NCBI GenBank assembly: GCA_040954595.2
Contig: CM082587.2
Span: 9,119,403 to 9,183,402 of the forward strand
Direction of reading: 5' to 3'
Source of the DNA: Balanoglossus misakiensis
Taxonomy: Eukaryota; Animalia; Hemichordata
Length of the DNA stretch: 64,000 nucleotides
The first letter of the stretch is position 1. Every line of letters begins with the position of its first letter. Shown piece by piece: positions 11,576 to 22,412 of the stretch. Under the pieces are notes generated by a model. The model made no database searches and had not been told where the DNA came from. It was given only the letters and a program-made list of their open reading frames with translations. The position numbers were made by a program, and so were the translations under genes.

Positions 11576-11911
11576 TTAAGGTGTCTTAGGATATAACACC
11601 TCTAAAGGAATACAGCACAGCTTCTAGCATTTTTCAGTTTTCACAATGTCATCACATCATTTTCCCATTTCTTGGTTTGTTACTTTTTTGTGCACTAATA
11701 CAATTGATCCATACCAACTTTTCTGAAAAAGATACAAATCTTTTACAATTGTCATGATGCTACATTTTGCCACTTCAAATCATGTATTCATATTCCACTT
11801 CTACTTCACAGTTATGACCTTTCATTTAGAGGTTCCTGATATCAATGTTGAATTTATTCAAATTTCACATTTATTATATCATCCTCAAGAAATCTGTGTT
11901 TCCCTAATTAG

Positions 11912-11991
11912 GTCAGAAACACTGTAAAAAAGAAGGAAGAAGCAGTTGACTACAAAGATCTATTGAGGAATTTCTTACCATCAAGTATAAG
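11912..11991 (+). CDS. CABIN1: CABIN1 exon
   Basis: tag|...|gtgaga; VRNTVKKKEEAVDYKDLLRNFLPSSIR. Confidence 0.92.
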
Positions 11992-12316
11992 GTGAGAGGG
12001 AGGGAGGGAGGACATATTCACATTGGGGGGGGGGGGGGGGCACCAACGCAGCGCGACAACCGCTTCCCTTTGATTTGATTTTGTCATGAATTTATCATGT
12101 TCATGGAGCCTTTCCATGGGGCCATTACTCAGTTTCGCCTAAACCAAGTACATTCAATTTTGACACAAAGACAATGTATTATGATGCACATACATGCCTA
12201 AGTCACAATATGACCCGATGTGGCCACCAGGTTTTGGCTGCAATTTATGTCTGTCATGATACAAATTATTACTATGAATAAATGTGAATTGTGGGAAACC
12301 TGTATAAAATTCACAG

Positions 12317-12414
12317 GGATGCAGATGAAGATGAGGATGATGAAGGAGAAGGAATGGAAGGAGATTCATCTGAGAATATCAAAGATAGAGAAATTGTACA
12401 GTACACCAATTCAG
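12317..12414 (+). CDS. CABIN1: CABIN1 exon (acidic)
   Basis: cag|...|gtatat; DADEDEDDEGEGMEGDSSENIKDREIVQYTNS. Confidence 0.85.
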
Positions 12415-12472
12415 GTATATAATTATTTATGTTTAATGTCTTTATTAATATTTTCTAGAATTCATGAGTTAA

Positions 12473-12789
12473 AGGGCGACGATTGTCATATGCACATGTG
12501 CCAAACCAGAGACTCTGGTTTCAAAAATTGTATACAGTCAGTGCCATAGGGCAGTGTACTGTCCTAACAACAGACAAGATGGCGGTGACCATAGTCTGTC
12601 GGAGATTGAGAAAAGACAGCAAATTGGGTGAAAAGAAGAGACAAAACAAAAGTCTACTTATACGGTGCGCATGAAATATGGAACGAAGCACATGAATTTG
12701 TCAAATGCAAAATTTGCAGAACATTTGGATTGGACATAATGTTTGTACACATGAAATTACACATATGCGCATAAGACTATTGTTGGTCT
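12473..12789 (+). mobile_element. Kolobok-like MITE family C
   Basis: TTAA|AGGGCGACGATTGTC...; homologous to 1778, 15470, 16392, 19790. Confidence 0.75.
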
Positions 12790-13115
12790 TTATATGATGG
12801 GTTGAACCAAACTTTCACATTTAAGACACCTTGGTTTGTTGCATACTGGCAGTAATAATAGGATATATCTTGGTAAAATCATGATAGACCATCAAAAACC
12901 ATTCTCTTTAATAATGTTGTCTATTGGATATTTTCTTTGTTATAAAAAATTCAATTTTTATTGGATTATAATTTTTTTTGTAAGCTCTTCCTTTGCGCCT
13001 CAGATAAAATTTCTCCATAATGGTATCAATAATATTTATATTCACAACACATCTTGGAAGAAGTGTAGCTACTGGTAATGTCTAAGTTGTTGTAATGTAT
13101 TCTGTTTGACTTTAG

Positions 13116-13266
13116 GTTGCCAGAAATCGTCTGACACTAACACTTTTATCGCCACTGAAGAAACAGATGTCAAAGGGTTTCTTGAGAAATATAAAAACAA
13201 CAATGGTATAGTGGATTTAATGATACAATTCTGTATCAGTCTAGCACAGAAATGTTCCAATAAATG
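13116..13266 (+). CDS. CABIN1: CABIN1 exon
   Basis: tag|...|gtaagt; ...EETDVKGFLEKYKNNNGIVDLMIQFCISLAQKCSNKW. Confidence 0.9.
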
Positions 13267-13314
13267 GTAAGTTGTTGAGTTACAATTTGTGGATGCTATA
13301 AATATGAAGATACA

Positions 13315-13667
13315 TTAAAAGGACAAAGTCTCTCTCTTGCTGCCCTTTTCCCATTAATTATGTTTGATACAAGACACTGGTTATGTTATTCTACATGTGG
13401 ATGTATAGTGAATCAACATTAAACCACACACCATCCCACTTGTAGACACGAGAGTGAAAAACTCGCCCAAAATGAATAATCGGTCTTTACCGTTTATTCA
13501 TTTTGGCGAGATTTTTACTCTCATTTCCTACAAATGGGATGGAAGTTGTTAGTGGTCGAACATTGATTCACTATATATCCTCATGTAGAATAACATAAAC
13601 GGTTTCTTGTATCAAACATAATTACTGGAATAAAGGGCAGCGAGAGAGAGAGAGACTGTCCCTTTAA
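13315..13667. mobile_element. Family A foldback MITE
   Basis: Full palindromic copy, TTAA at both ends. Confidence 0.85.
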
Positions 13668-13846
13668 ACATCATGAACTGAGAGCAGCTTATGCGATGTA
13701 AATATTGAACCTGGCCGTACCAGGCACCCATAGCATACATTTTGCTTCATAGCAATACACCAATCAACGTGAATCTACAAGTACAAGTACAAGATCAAAA
13801 GTTACAGCGTATGTCCATATAAAACTTTGTAATTCATGTGTTTCAG

Positions 13847-13924
13847 GCCTCCAGGTTTGATAGATTTGTACATCAGCGCTTATGGCAAGCTGCGAAATCA
13901 TCTTAGTTTGCCCTCCTACTTGTG
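13847..13924 (+). CDS. CABIN1: CABIN1 exon
   Basis: cag|...|gtaagc; PPGLIDLYISAYGKLRNHLSLPSYL. Confidence 0.9.
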
Positions 13925-14207
13925 GTAAGCCTAACTCTACTTTAACATATTTATTTAAAAAGTGATGTAAACTCGTTCCTCTTTTTCTGTATTTTCAATC
14001 CAAAATATCTGCTTGAAAAGAATTAGAGAACAGATAACAGTTTAGGAAAAATGTGAAACATGTATCAGGATTTTGTGTAGTGTCAAATTTGCCATATGAC
14101 TAACAAAATGTACCTAATTTGATCCCAAAATATTGTCAGTAAAATAAGTAACGTCATAGTTTTCTTTAAGCTGATTCTTTCTCCTTGAAATCTTACTTTC
14201 ATGTTAG

Positions 14208-14336
14208 CAAATCAGTCAGCAATCAACGAATCAAGGAAGTGGGCCTTATGAGTTTGGTCACTTCGGAACTTCAGCTGGAGAAGTGGTTAGCAACCAAGTT
14301 AAAGTTATCAGCATCATCAACCATGATAACCTCAAG
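14208..14336 (+). CDS. CABIN1: CABIN1 exon
   Basis: tag|...|gtaaaa; KSVSNQRIKEVGLMSLVTSELQLEKWLATK... Confidence 0.9.
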
Positions 14337-14672
14337 GTAAAACAGATTTTTCAGTAACTACATAGATTTATTTGAAGCCACAATTGAAGCAAGAAATTTG
14401 TTGGGTGGGTGGTGGTGGGGGGTTCAGTACGTGATTCCTTTGAAATGACGTGTGGCTGTTATACGGTAGTGGGTATGTGTACACTTAAAAAATGGAATTC
14501 TTAAGTGGCAAGGTCTGGGGGTTGCTTTTAATTCAGATAAGGCTTCAACTTAGGTAAGTGTTTCCACTGAAACTGGAAAGAAGACTATGTCAACATAGAT
14601 GGTAAACCCATCATTTCACAACTTGGAAAAAGAATATCAAATATATCCAATCTTGCATAATTTTACAGTGTG

Positions 14673-14674
<2 letters not shown>

Positions 14675-14703
<29 letters not shown>
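14675..14703. repeat. (TG)n microsatellite
   Basis: Direct observation. Confidence 0.9.
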
Positions 14704-14706
<3 letters not shown>

Positions 14707-14936
14707 AAACAAATGAGGTATGATTTGTTTCAATATGCTTGTGCAATTTTGTCTAGACCTACTGAACCAACACACTTTGAATGTGGTCATGTTGCCATGC
14801 ACCCACATGAATTAAACTGCAAATTTTGACAGGAAATTGGTCGCCAAGATATTTCCATGGCAACAAAACCTCTTTCAATCTATTCTATTAGTTTTTACTG
14901 ATGGAGCTCTTTCCATGATTTGTATTTCATTTGCAG

Positions 14937-15073
14937 CTCATCACCAGATCCCTCCCCTTCATCCTTGGTCTCCAATCCAGGTCAGGTTTTTCAGTCGGAT
15001 TTGCAGTATTTGGAAGGGCTGTGTAATTTCAGGGAAATTCTTGGTGATATCTGGTTGCAATTTGCCATTAGAG
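14937..15073 (+). CDS. CABIN1: CABIN1 exon
   Basis: cag|...|gtacag; SSPDPSP...FQSDLQYLEGLCNFREILGDIWLQFAIR. Confidence 0.88.
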
Positions 15074-15091
15074 GTACAGTATCATTGCAAA

Positions 15092-15441
15092 TTACAGGGA
15101 CAAAATCTCTCTCTCGCTGCCCTTATGCTATTAATTATTTTTGAATACAAGACACCATTTACATGTACCCGGTATGTAAATGTACATGTGAATATGTAGT
15201 GAATGAACATTCAACCGCACACAACTTCCATCCCGCTTGTATACGAGAGTAAAAATTCGCCCAAAATTATAAATGGTAGAGACCGATTATTCATTTTGAC
15301 GAGTTTTTCAATCTCGTGTCTACAAGTGGGATGGAAGTTGTGGTCGAACGTTGATTCACTATGTATCCACATGTAGAATGACATAAACGGTGTCTTGTAT
15401 CAAACATAATTGATGGAAAAAGGGCAGCCAGAGAGAGACTG
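15092..15441. mobile_element. Family A foldback MITE, degraded
   Basis: agggacaaaatctctctctcgctgccc...gggcagccagagagagact. Confidence 0.8.
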
Positions 15442-15469
15442 ATGTTCTTCCTATGCGAATGCACATAAA

Positions 15470-15745
15470 TTCATGCTGTATACAAACATAACATTCTAGA
15501 TATTCTGCAAATTCTGCCTTCTTTTCCTTCCATATTTCCATGCGCAGCGTATAAGTGGACTTTAGTTTTGTCCTTTCTTTTTACCCAAATTGCCATCTTT
15601 TCCCAATCTCCAACACAGACTATGGTCGCCGCCATCTTGTCTGTTGGTACGACAGCTAGTGCACTGCCTTATGGCATTGACTGTATACCAGTTTTGTAAC
15701 CATAGTCTCTGGTTTAGCACATGCGCATAAGACGATCGTTGCCCT
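15470..15745 (-). mobile_element. Family C MITE
   Basis: Reverse complement of the 12473 element; ends GCCCT|TTAA. Confidence 0.75.
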
Positions 15746-15927
15746 TTAAATGAAATATAAATTATTTCATTGTTTTTTGTCAATCATGACCCTCGCATTC
15801 AACATAATGATCTTCATGTTTAATATCATGGCCTGCATGTCAAAGACATGGTCACAATTGCTAGTAACATATTTGAAGAGTCACAATTAATTACATTCAG
15901 TACTTGTTTATTCTGATTTGATTTCAG

Positions 15928-15998
15928 TGTATTGGCTGAAGTCCAGATATTTAATGTTGCACGGGAAAATGGATTTAGCTCTAGATAGTTTTGATGTT
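15928..15998 (+). CDS. CABIN1: CABIN1 exon
   Basis: cag|...|gtaagt; VYWLKSRYLMLHGKMDLALDSFDV. Confidence 0.92.
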
Positions 15999-16201
15999 GT
16001 AAGTAGCATAAAAATACTCCATCAGTTTTAGAGACTGGACTTACAATTTTATTCCTCCATATGACACTTTCCGAATATTTCCATACATACACGTACCAGT
16101 GACATTGTCAATCCTGTGACTTATACTGAATTTTGCAGAGACAGGACGCCAAAATTATGTAAAACACTTAAAATCATGCAATGTTTTCTCGATACCCTCA
16201 G

Positions 16202-16289
16202 TGTGATCAACTACTAACTCCAGAAGAGGGTGATATGATACCAGTGGTTGTCAGTCTACCAAATTGTAAAGATAACATCATTACATTAG
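16202..16289 (+). CDS. CABIN1: CABIN1 exon
   Basis: cag|...|gtaagt; CDQLLTPEEGDMIPVVVSLPNCKDNIITL. Confidence 0.88.
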
Positions 16290-16391
16290 GTAAGTCACTT
16301 GTGTTCACGAAAATGTTATTACAGTGGGATATTGGTTATAACTTTCAAGCTTTTTTCTAATACAGGATAGTTTCTGTTATGTTTTTTTTAA

Positions 16392-16707
16392 AGGCCGATG
16401 ATCATCTTGTGCACATGTGTATCATTTCGTGTGTACAATCATTATGTCCAATCCAAATGTTCTGCAAATAGTGGTCTGCCTTCACATCCTTCCATATTTC
16501 ATGCGCACCTTATAAGTAGACTTTAGTTTTGTCCATTTCTTTTTGCCCTATTTGCTGTCTTTTCCCGATCTTTGACACAGACTATGGTCGTCGCCATCTT
16601 GTCTTTTGTTAGGACAGAGCGCGAGCACTGCATATTGTATACATGTACAGTTTTTGTAACCAGAGTCTCTGGTTTGGCACATGCGCATAAGACAACCGTT
16701 GTGCTCT
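16392..16707 (-). mobile_element. Family C MITE
   Basis: TTAA|AGGCCGATGATC...ATGCGCATAAGAC. Confidence 0.75.
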
Positions 16708-16890
16708 ATTCTAACTATTATGGGAAAGTTAGTTACCATGAAGGTGTAGATTTGGAGACCTGTGACATAATGTGTGGGCACACATTGTCATACTTCTATG
16801 AAGGATTGTTTCCATCATGTACCCTCTTTCATGTGTAATTTCTATGCATGGATGAATCATTGACACCTTTTGCCATTTTATTAAACGTAG

Positions 16891-17117
16891 GTCAAATTAA
16901 GAAACAAGTGGAATCTCTTCAACGATGCCAGTCTTTAGAGGAAGTGCACAGACTCTATGAAACCAGTAATTATAGTAAGGTTGTTGAGTTGTTATTACCA
17001 ACACTCAATCAACCCACCAGTAAAGGAAAGATGATAGACATTGGTAAAACTATACCAGAAAGACCAGCCCAATTATTGCTTTTGTTGGATGCTTTGTATC
17101 AAGTCAAAGACTATCAG
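16891..17117 (+). CDS. CABIN1: CABIN1 exon
   Basis: tag|...CAG|gtgaga; QIKKQVESLQRCQSLEEVHRLYE...IPERPAQLLLLLDAL. Confidence 0.95.
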
Positions 17118-17426
17118 GTGAGACAGCCCAATGCAGTCACAACAATACAAGAATGTTAAAATGTGTGGCACTATATACTGCACAGAATATAGGGTACAAA
17201 ACGATTTTGGCATTCTCACATATTGCAAAGAAGGCTTTAAAAAAATCAAATTTCAGATTCATTGAAACTGGACAAAGACATCAGGATGTAGGGATTGATT
17301 ATGTCTTCTTTATATATATATACATGTCTGTGTGTAAAACTTTTGCCTGAAGTCTTGCCACTTTGTTATCATCTTGTTTTTTGTATTTCGGGACCTGGTG
17401 ATTATATATGCTTTGATTCATTGCAG

Positions 17427-17551
17427 CTTTGTGTGAGTTGTAGTGTGAATACAGTGAATGAAGCACTGCAACAATTGACAAGTTCCACATCAATGACTGC
17501 CAAAGAAAACTGGGTATCGACCTTGACCAAAGTTTTCAAGTTCATTGATAA
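17427..17551 (+). CDS. CABIN1: CABIN1 exon
   Basis: cag|...|gtaagt; LCVSCSVNTVNEALQQL...AKENWVSTLTKVFKFID. Confidence 0.92.
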
Positions 17552-17726
17552 GTAAGTCTCATTATATGCCATATTTGTCACAGTCAGGTAGATTTTTCCC
17601 CAATGTTGTTTGAATGAGATTGTCTGCTGCTGTTAATTCATCATAAGCAGGTTTCAGTCATTAAATTGGTTTTGCAGATAGTGATGATTTGATTAAAGCA
17701 TACCGGTATAGAAACTTTCAATAACC

Positions 17727-18069
17727 AAAGTCTCTCTCGCTGTCCTTTTTCCATTAAGTATGTTTGATACAAGACACCATTTATTTTATTCTACATGTGG
17801 ATAAACATGTATGGTGAATCAACATTCAACCACCCACAACTTCCATCCCACTTGTAGACATGATAGTAAAAACTCGCCAAAATGAATAATCGGTCTCTAC
17901 CATTTATTATTTGGGCGAGTTTTTACTCTCATATCATACAAGCGGGATGGAAGTTGTGTGTGGTCGAATGTTGATTCACTATATATCCACATGTAGAATC
18001 ATAAATGGTGTCTTGTATCAACATAATTAATGTAAAACGTGCAGTGAGAGAGAGACTTTGTCTCTTTAA
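17727..18069. mobile_element. Family A MITE flanked by a ~90-bp direct duplication
   Basis: Family A body; 17633-17725 is repeated at 18066-18159. Confidence 0.8.
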
Positions 18070-19056
18070 TTCATCATATTCATAAGCAGGTTTCAGTCAT
18101 TAAATTGGTTTAGCAGATAGTGAATGAATTGATTAAAGCATATAGAAACTTTCAATAACTGCATTAATAGTTTCATACAACAATATGGCATATAATATTT
18201 ATTTTAGGGCCCCTTTGTTACAAAACATGTCAACCACATACAGTCCAGGTTTTCATCTCTGCTGGAGGTTGTGTATAGCATCCTTCCATCTTGTGTATCC
18301 ATCAACTCATCTAACTGGTATCTGACAATTTTCAGCTGCATCTTCAGAAACTGAGCACCTGATAGTTGATATACTGGTCCCATAGGATGATAAAAGTCAA
18401 TTTATATTTCAAATTGTGGCAAAATGGGGCAGTTTTTGCTGTATTGGTCAAAAATCTCTTTTATCAAAACCATTGTGGTTGTTTTTATCAAATGCCATGA
18501 TCTTCAGACTGTTGCTTTCAGTAGTTATTGTAGAAGTTCTTTTTTATTTTAGTGAATAATTGATGTTATCATAATTGTCTTGTCATCACTGTTAAGTTGC
18601 CACCATTTAAAGCATTTTATTGACTTTGTTTCAGATGAGAGGTTATGTTTCACTTTCACTAAAATATAATGTTTATGGCTTGTTCAAGCTCTTATTCCAC
18701 CTAAAATATTTTCATGGCACAAGTTCTGCTGCACACCAAATACAGTGAAACCTGTCATTACAGAAACCTCTCTAATCAGGACACCTCTCTATTAAGACAA
18801 GATTGTCTGGTCCTGGAGGTGCCCTTATGGCAGGGTATTTGTTTTGTTTTGTGTGTTGTTGTGTTATGTTGTGCTATACATGTACCATGTCTACATACAA
18901 ACTGGAAACACAGCTTAATATAGTTCAATAAACAAAACATAACATGAACTCTGTCCCCAGCCTGAAAAAATTTCAATTTGTCAATTTCACTTTCATCACT
19001 GTTAATTATTTTTTCTGTTCCCAATTGTTATAACATTCTCTTGATTACATCACCAG

Positions 19057-19230
19057 ATGTCTGTGTTCTGATACGGATACACTCAGCAAAATGCCAAGGA
19101 ATAAGTTGGTCCATTTCACCAATGTCATGATTCGGGTCATTGAGATGGCAATGGAGTCAGCTGAGTCTACTGATCTGCCTATTATCAGTACCCTCCTACC
19201 ATGGATCATACTCTACAGACTTATCAAATA
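19057..19230 (+). CDS. CABIN1: CABIN1 exon
   Basis: cag|...|gtaagt; ...LVHFTNVMIRVIEMAME...ISTLLPWIILYRLIK. Confidence 0.92.
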
Positions 19231-19245
19231 GTAAGTATACCTTAA

Positions 19246-19641
19246 CCCTTTCACCACCATGGTTTAGTTTAACCCTAATGCTGCCAAGTCAGTTGAAACT
19301 GGTTTGACATCCAGGGTGCCTAGAATCCTGGCTCCCAGGCCTGTTAGACTGCCAAGTGCGTTTTACTCAGTAGGGCCTATACAAGACCCTCAGACCAATA
19401 CAGTGCAAACCAGTGCGATTTGGTACATTTTACAGGGGGCTCAGACTGCCAAGTGTGTCTGAGTACGTATGAGAGCCATGTCAAGACAGTCAAAATATGT
19501 TTTAGAAGAAAAAATGGCAAATACATATTTTAAGGGACTTGACACTCTAAACAGCTATCATGACACCCAGTAGCATTAGGGTTAAACACGTGTTTTCTAT
19601 GGTGAGGTTGGATCTTTAAAGAGGGAGCTGGGGGGAAAGGG
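19246..19641. mobile_element. piggyBac-like mini-MITE containing a second piggyBac-like MITE (19273-19581)
   Basis: Outer TTAA|CCCTTTC..GAAAGGG|TTAA; inner TTAA|CCCTAATGCT..AGCATTAGGG|TTAA. Confidence 0.8.
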
Positions 19642-19789
19642 TTAAATTATACATGGGGGACATATTCTCTGATGTGAAATCCCCAATTGCATGTTGCCTG
19701 AAAAGTTCTGCAAAAAGGAAATTTATTATAGGAGTATCCTCGAAAATTGATCTACTCATATTGGGTGTAAAGACAGGACAAAACTTATA

Positions 19790-19927
19790 AGGTGCACATG
19801 AAATATCAAAGGAAGCGACAACAGTCCACACTTTGCATCAAACGCAAAAGTTGCAGTACATTTCGATTGGACGTAATGTTTGTACACACGAAATTACGTA
19901 CATGTGCATAAAAGCGATTGTCAGCCT
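19790..19927 (+). mobile_element. Family C MITE, right-end fragment
   Basis: Matches 12660-12789; ends GCCT|TTAA. Confidence 0.6.
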
Positions 19928-19977
19928 TTAATGTTTAAAAAAGTAACAACAATTCTTTTTTTGAATTGATACATGGA

Positions 19978-20140
19978 CAGTCAAACCCCTGTAGGCTGTT
20001 AGCGGTCACCTCTATATAGTGGCCACTTTGTTACAGTCCCTGTGCAAATTCACATGTGTGTTAATTAACCTCTATATAAAGGTTACCTCTCTATAAAGGC
20101 CAGTTTAGGAAATTCCCTTGACTGTAGAGAGGTTTGACTG
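19978..20140. mobile_element. pogo/Tigger-like MITE
   Basis: CAGTCAAACC...GGTTTGACTG termini with internal ACCTCT(A/C)TATA repeats; a related fragment starts TA|CAGTGAAACC at 18741. Confidence 0.55.
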
Positions 20141-20179
20141 TGTCTGTTTTAATTGATACATGTATCTTTTTGAATGCAG

Positions 20180-20311
20180 TGAAGAAGATCAGTTAAAACT
20201 GATTCAAGTCAAACTATCTGACAAATCTGAAGAGACTAGAAACAATGAAGAGGTGAAACTGATGCCGTCATCTTTGATGTTATTGTATACAGCACATGAA
20301 TACCTTGGCAG
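20180..20311 (+). CDS. CABIN1: CABIN1 exon
   Basis: cag|...|gtaggt; EEDQLK...LMPSSLMLLYTAHEYLG. Confidence 0.93.
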
Positions 20312-20668
20312 GTAGGTCTTCAGTCATATAGCTATAGGCCAGCAGCAACAAAACATCCAATTCTGCAAATGAACTTGACATTGGTACTTTTGACCACATC
20401 TTTACAACACTGACCCATTCTCAATAATCACTCAGAGATTATTATTATAGAGACAGATATATAAATTTTGATGACATTATTCCAAGGACAATTTTTACGT
20501 GGTGGTCAAAATGTTAAGAAGAATACTACAGCCCTCTTATGTACACAATAACATTAGCCACCCTTTGGAAGGATGCTGTCCTTTAAAAGCCACTAAATAC
20601 AATATGGAAATACATCTGTCATATCTGCATATATTTTTCTGATACCAATCATTGTTGATTGATTTCAG

Positions 20669-20870
20669 ACGAGGCTGGTGCTGTAATTCAGATGGCTATC
20701 TGTTGACATTTTATGTTGATGTTTTACAACAAGAATTGGAGAGGAGGGTAGGAAAGGATGCCCTTCGACAGGATTTGTGTCTGGCTGTAGAACAATGTTT
20801 TTATTGCCTCTATGGTCATCCTAATAAGAAAGCTAAAGCTAGACACTTACAAGATCATGGCGTTGAGGAG
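20669..20870 (+). CDS. CABIN1: CABIN1 exon
   Basis: cag|...|gtaaga; RGWCCNSDGYLL...EQCFYCLYGHPNKKAKARHLQDH. Confidence 0.95.
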
Positions 20871-21288
20871 GTAAGATGACATATCACATTCTGTGGCTAT
20901 ATGTTGGCCATTGTGATGAGATCTCTATTGCGGAGGCCTTTCATAGATAAATGTTTATTTGCTAGGAGAAACGGAGTGTTATTGAAGTAGGCATTTTGTG
21001 TAGAGGTTCCTGAAAAATGATTTCATTACATACAGCAAATGGGAAAATGTTTTGACACTTCTGAAGTTGTGATCCATCATTACTTTGTTCACTGTTATTC
21101 TTGATATCACAGAAACGTTAGAAAAGGCAACTTTTTACTTTTAATTTGGCATTCATAATTTGCATTGCACAGCTCAAATGCCATGAACTGTGATTATGCT
21201 TATCTTTACTTGTCTTGTTGTGACATTCTTTTTGGTTCAAGTGTGAGTAAAAAAATGAGATCACCAGAGCACTTGTTTTGTTTTACAG

Positions 21289-21527
21289 GTTGCATTAACT
21301 TGGGAGAAAGCGGTTTTTGTGTTTGATTATTTCAAACCAAAGACAGTGCCCGAATTTGACAGCTACAAGACCAGTTCGATGTCAGGAGAACTTGAAAATC
21401 TACTACTGAAGATTTCTAAAGTCATACCCAGTCAAGACACTTGGATCAGTTTAGATTTGGTGCAGTGCTACATAGAAAGTAACACCGATCAAGTACCAAC
21501 CTTACCTCCTGATGTGACAGTAACTTT
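21289..21527 (+). CDS. CABIN1: CABIN1 exon
   Basis: cag|...TT|gtgagt; VALTWEKAVFVFDYFKPKTVPEFDSYKT... Confidence 0.92.
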
Positions 21528-21543
21528 GTGAGTATTAATGTGC

Positions 21544-21754
<211 letters not shown>

Positions 21755-21957
21755 TAGAAAACAGGTCAGGAACAGATTTTTCAGAAATAGTTGTCCTACC
21801 TTTCAATTATTTCTCTCCATAGAGATTGATAACGATCTTGGATGTCAAATTTTTATTCTAAATTTCAAGAGAGAATAATATAATACATGTTGTTCTACGT
21901 CAATCATCCAGATGTGTTTTTAATGATGTCTCTTATGTCTTTTGTTTTCTACATCAG

Positions 21958-22020
21958 GCCTGTTGTCAAAGAATTATACTACTTACTTGCAGATTATTAC
22001 TTCAAGAATAAGGAATGGGG
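21958..22020 (+). CDS. CABIN1: CABIN1 exon
   Basis: cag|...|gtgagt; PVVKELYYLLADYYFKNKEW. Confidence 0.95.
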
Positions 22021-22034
22021 GTGAGTGCATGATT

Positions 22035-22405
22035 ATTTAACGAATAATTTAACCCCCGATGACCCATAATGGATGAAAGCACACATTGTGCGACATAATG
22101 TATGAGGCGAAGCTAAGTTCATCATGGAGTACAGTGTGTGCTTGGGTCCATTATGGGTCTTTGGGGCATACATTATTCTTATTATTTTATAGTTTTGTCA
22201 ATGGTAGAAATTTGCAGACGTCGAAAATCAAAATAAACAGTGCCGATGTATGCACACAACTTCCATGCACCATTGCCCTGAGTCTGAATACACATCTTTA
22301 CATGCAATGTGTACATGTACACACATTCATCAACCAAATGAACAAAGCTTCATTCCATATCATAGGCAAATAAAAATACTACCTTAAAAAAACGGACAAA
22401 ATAAA
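22035..22405 (+). mobile_element. Non-autonomous hairpin cassette (Crypton-like), degraded
   Basis: ATTTAA head, hairpin 22042-22178 with GAGGCGAAGC loop, box TTATAGTTTTGTC, partial inverted box GACAAAATAAA at ~22396. Confidence 0.55.
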
Positions 22406-22412
22406 CAGTATT

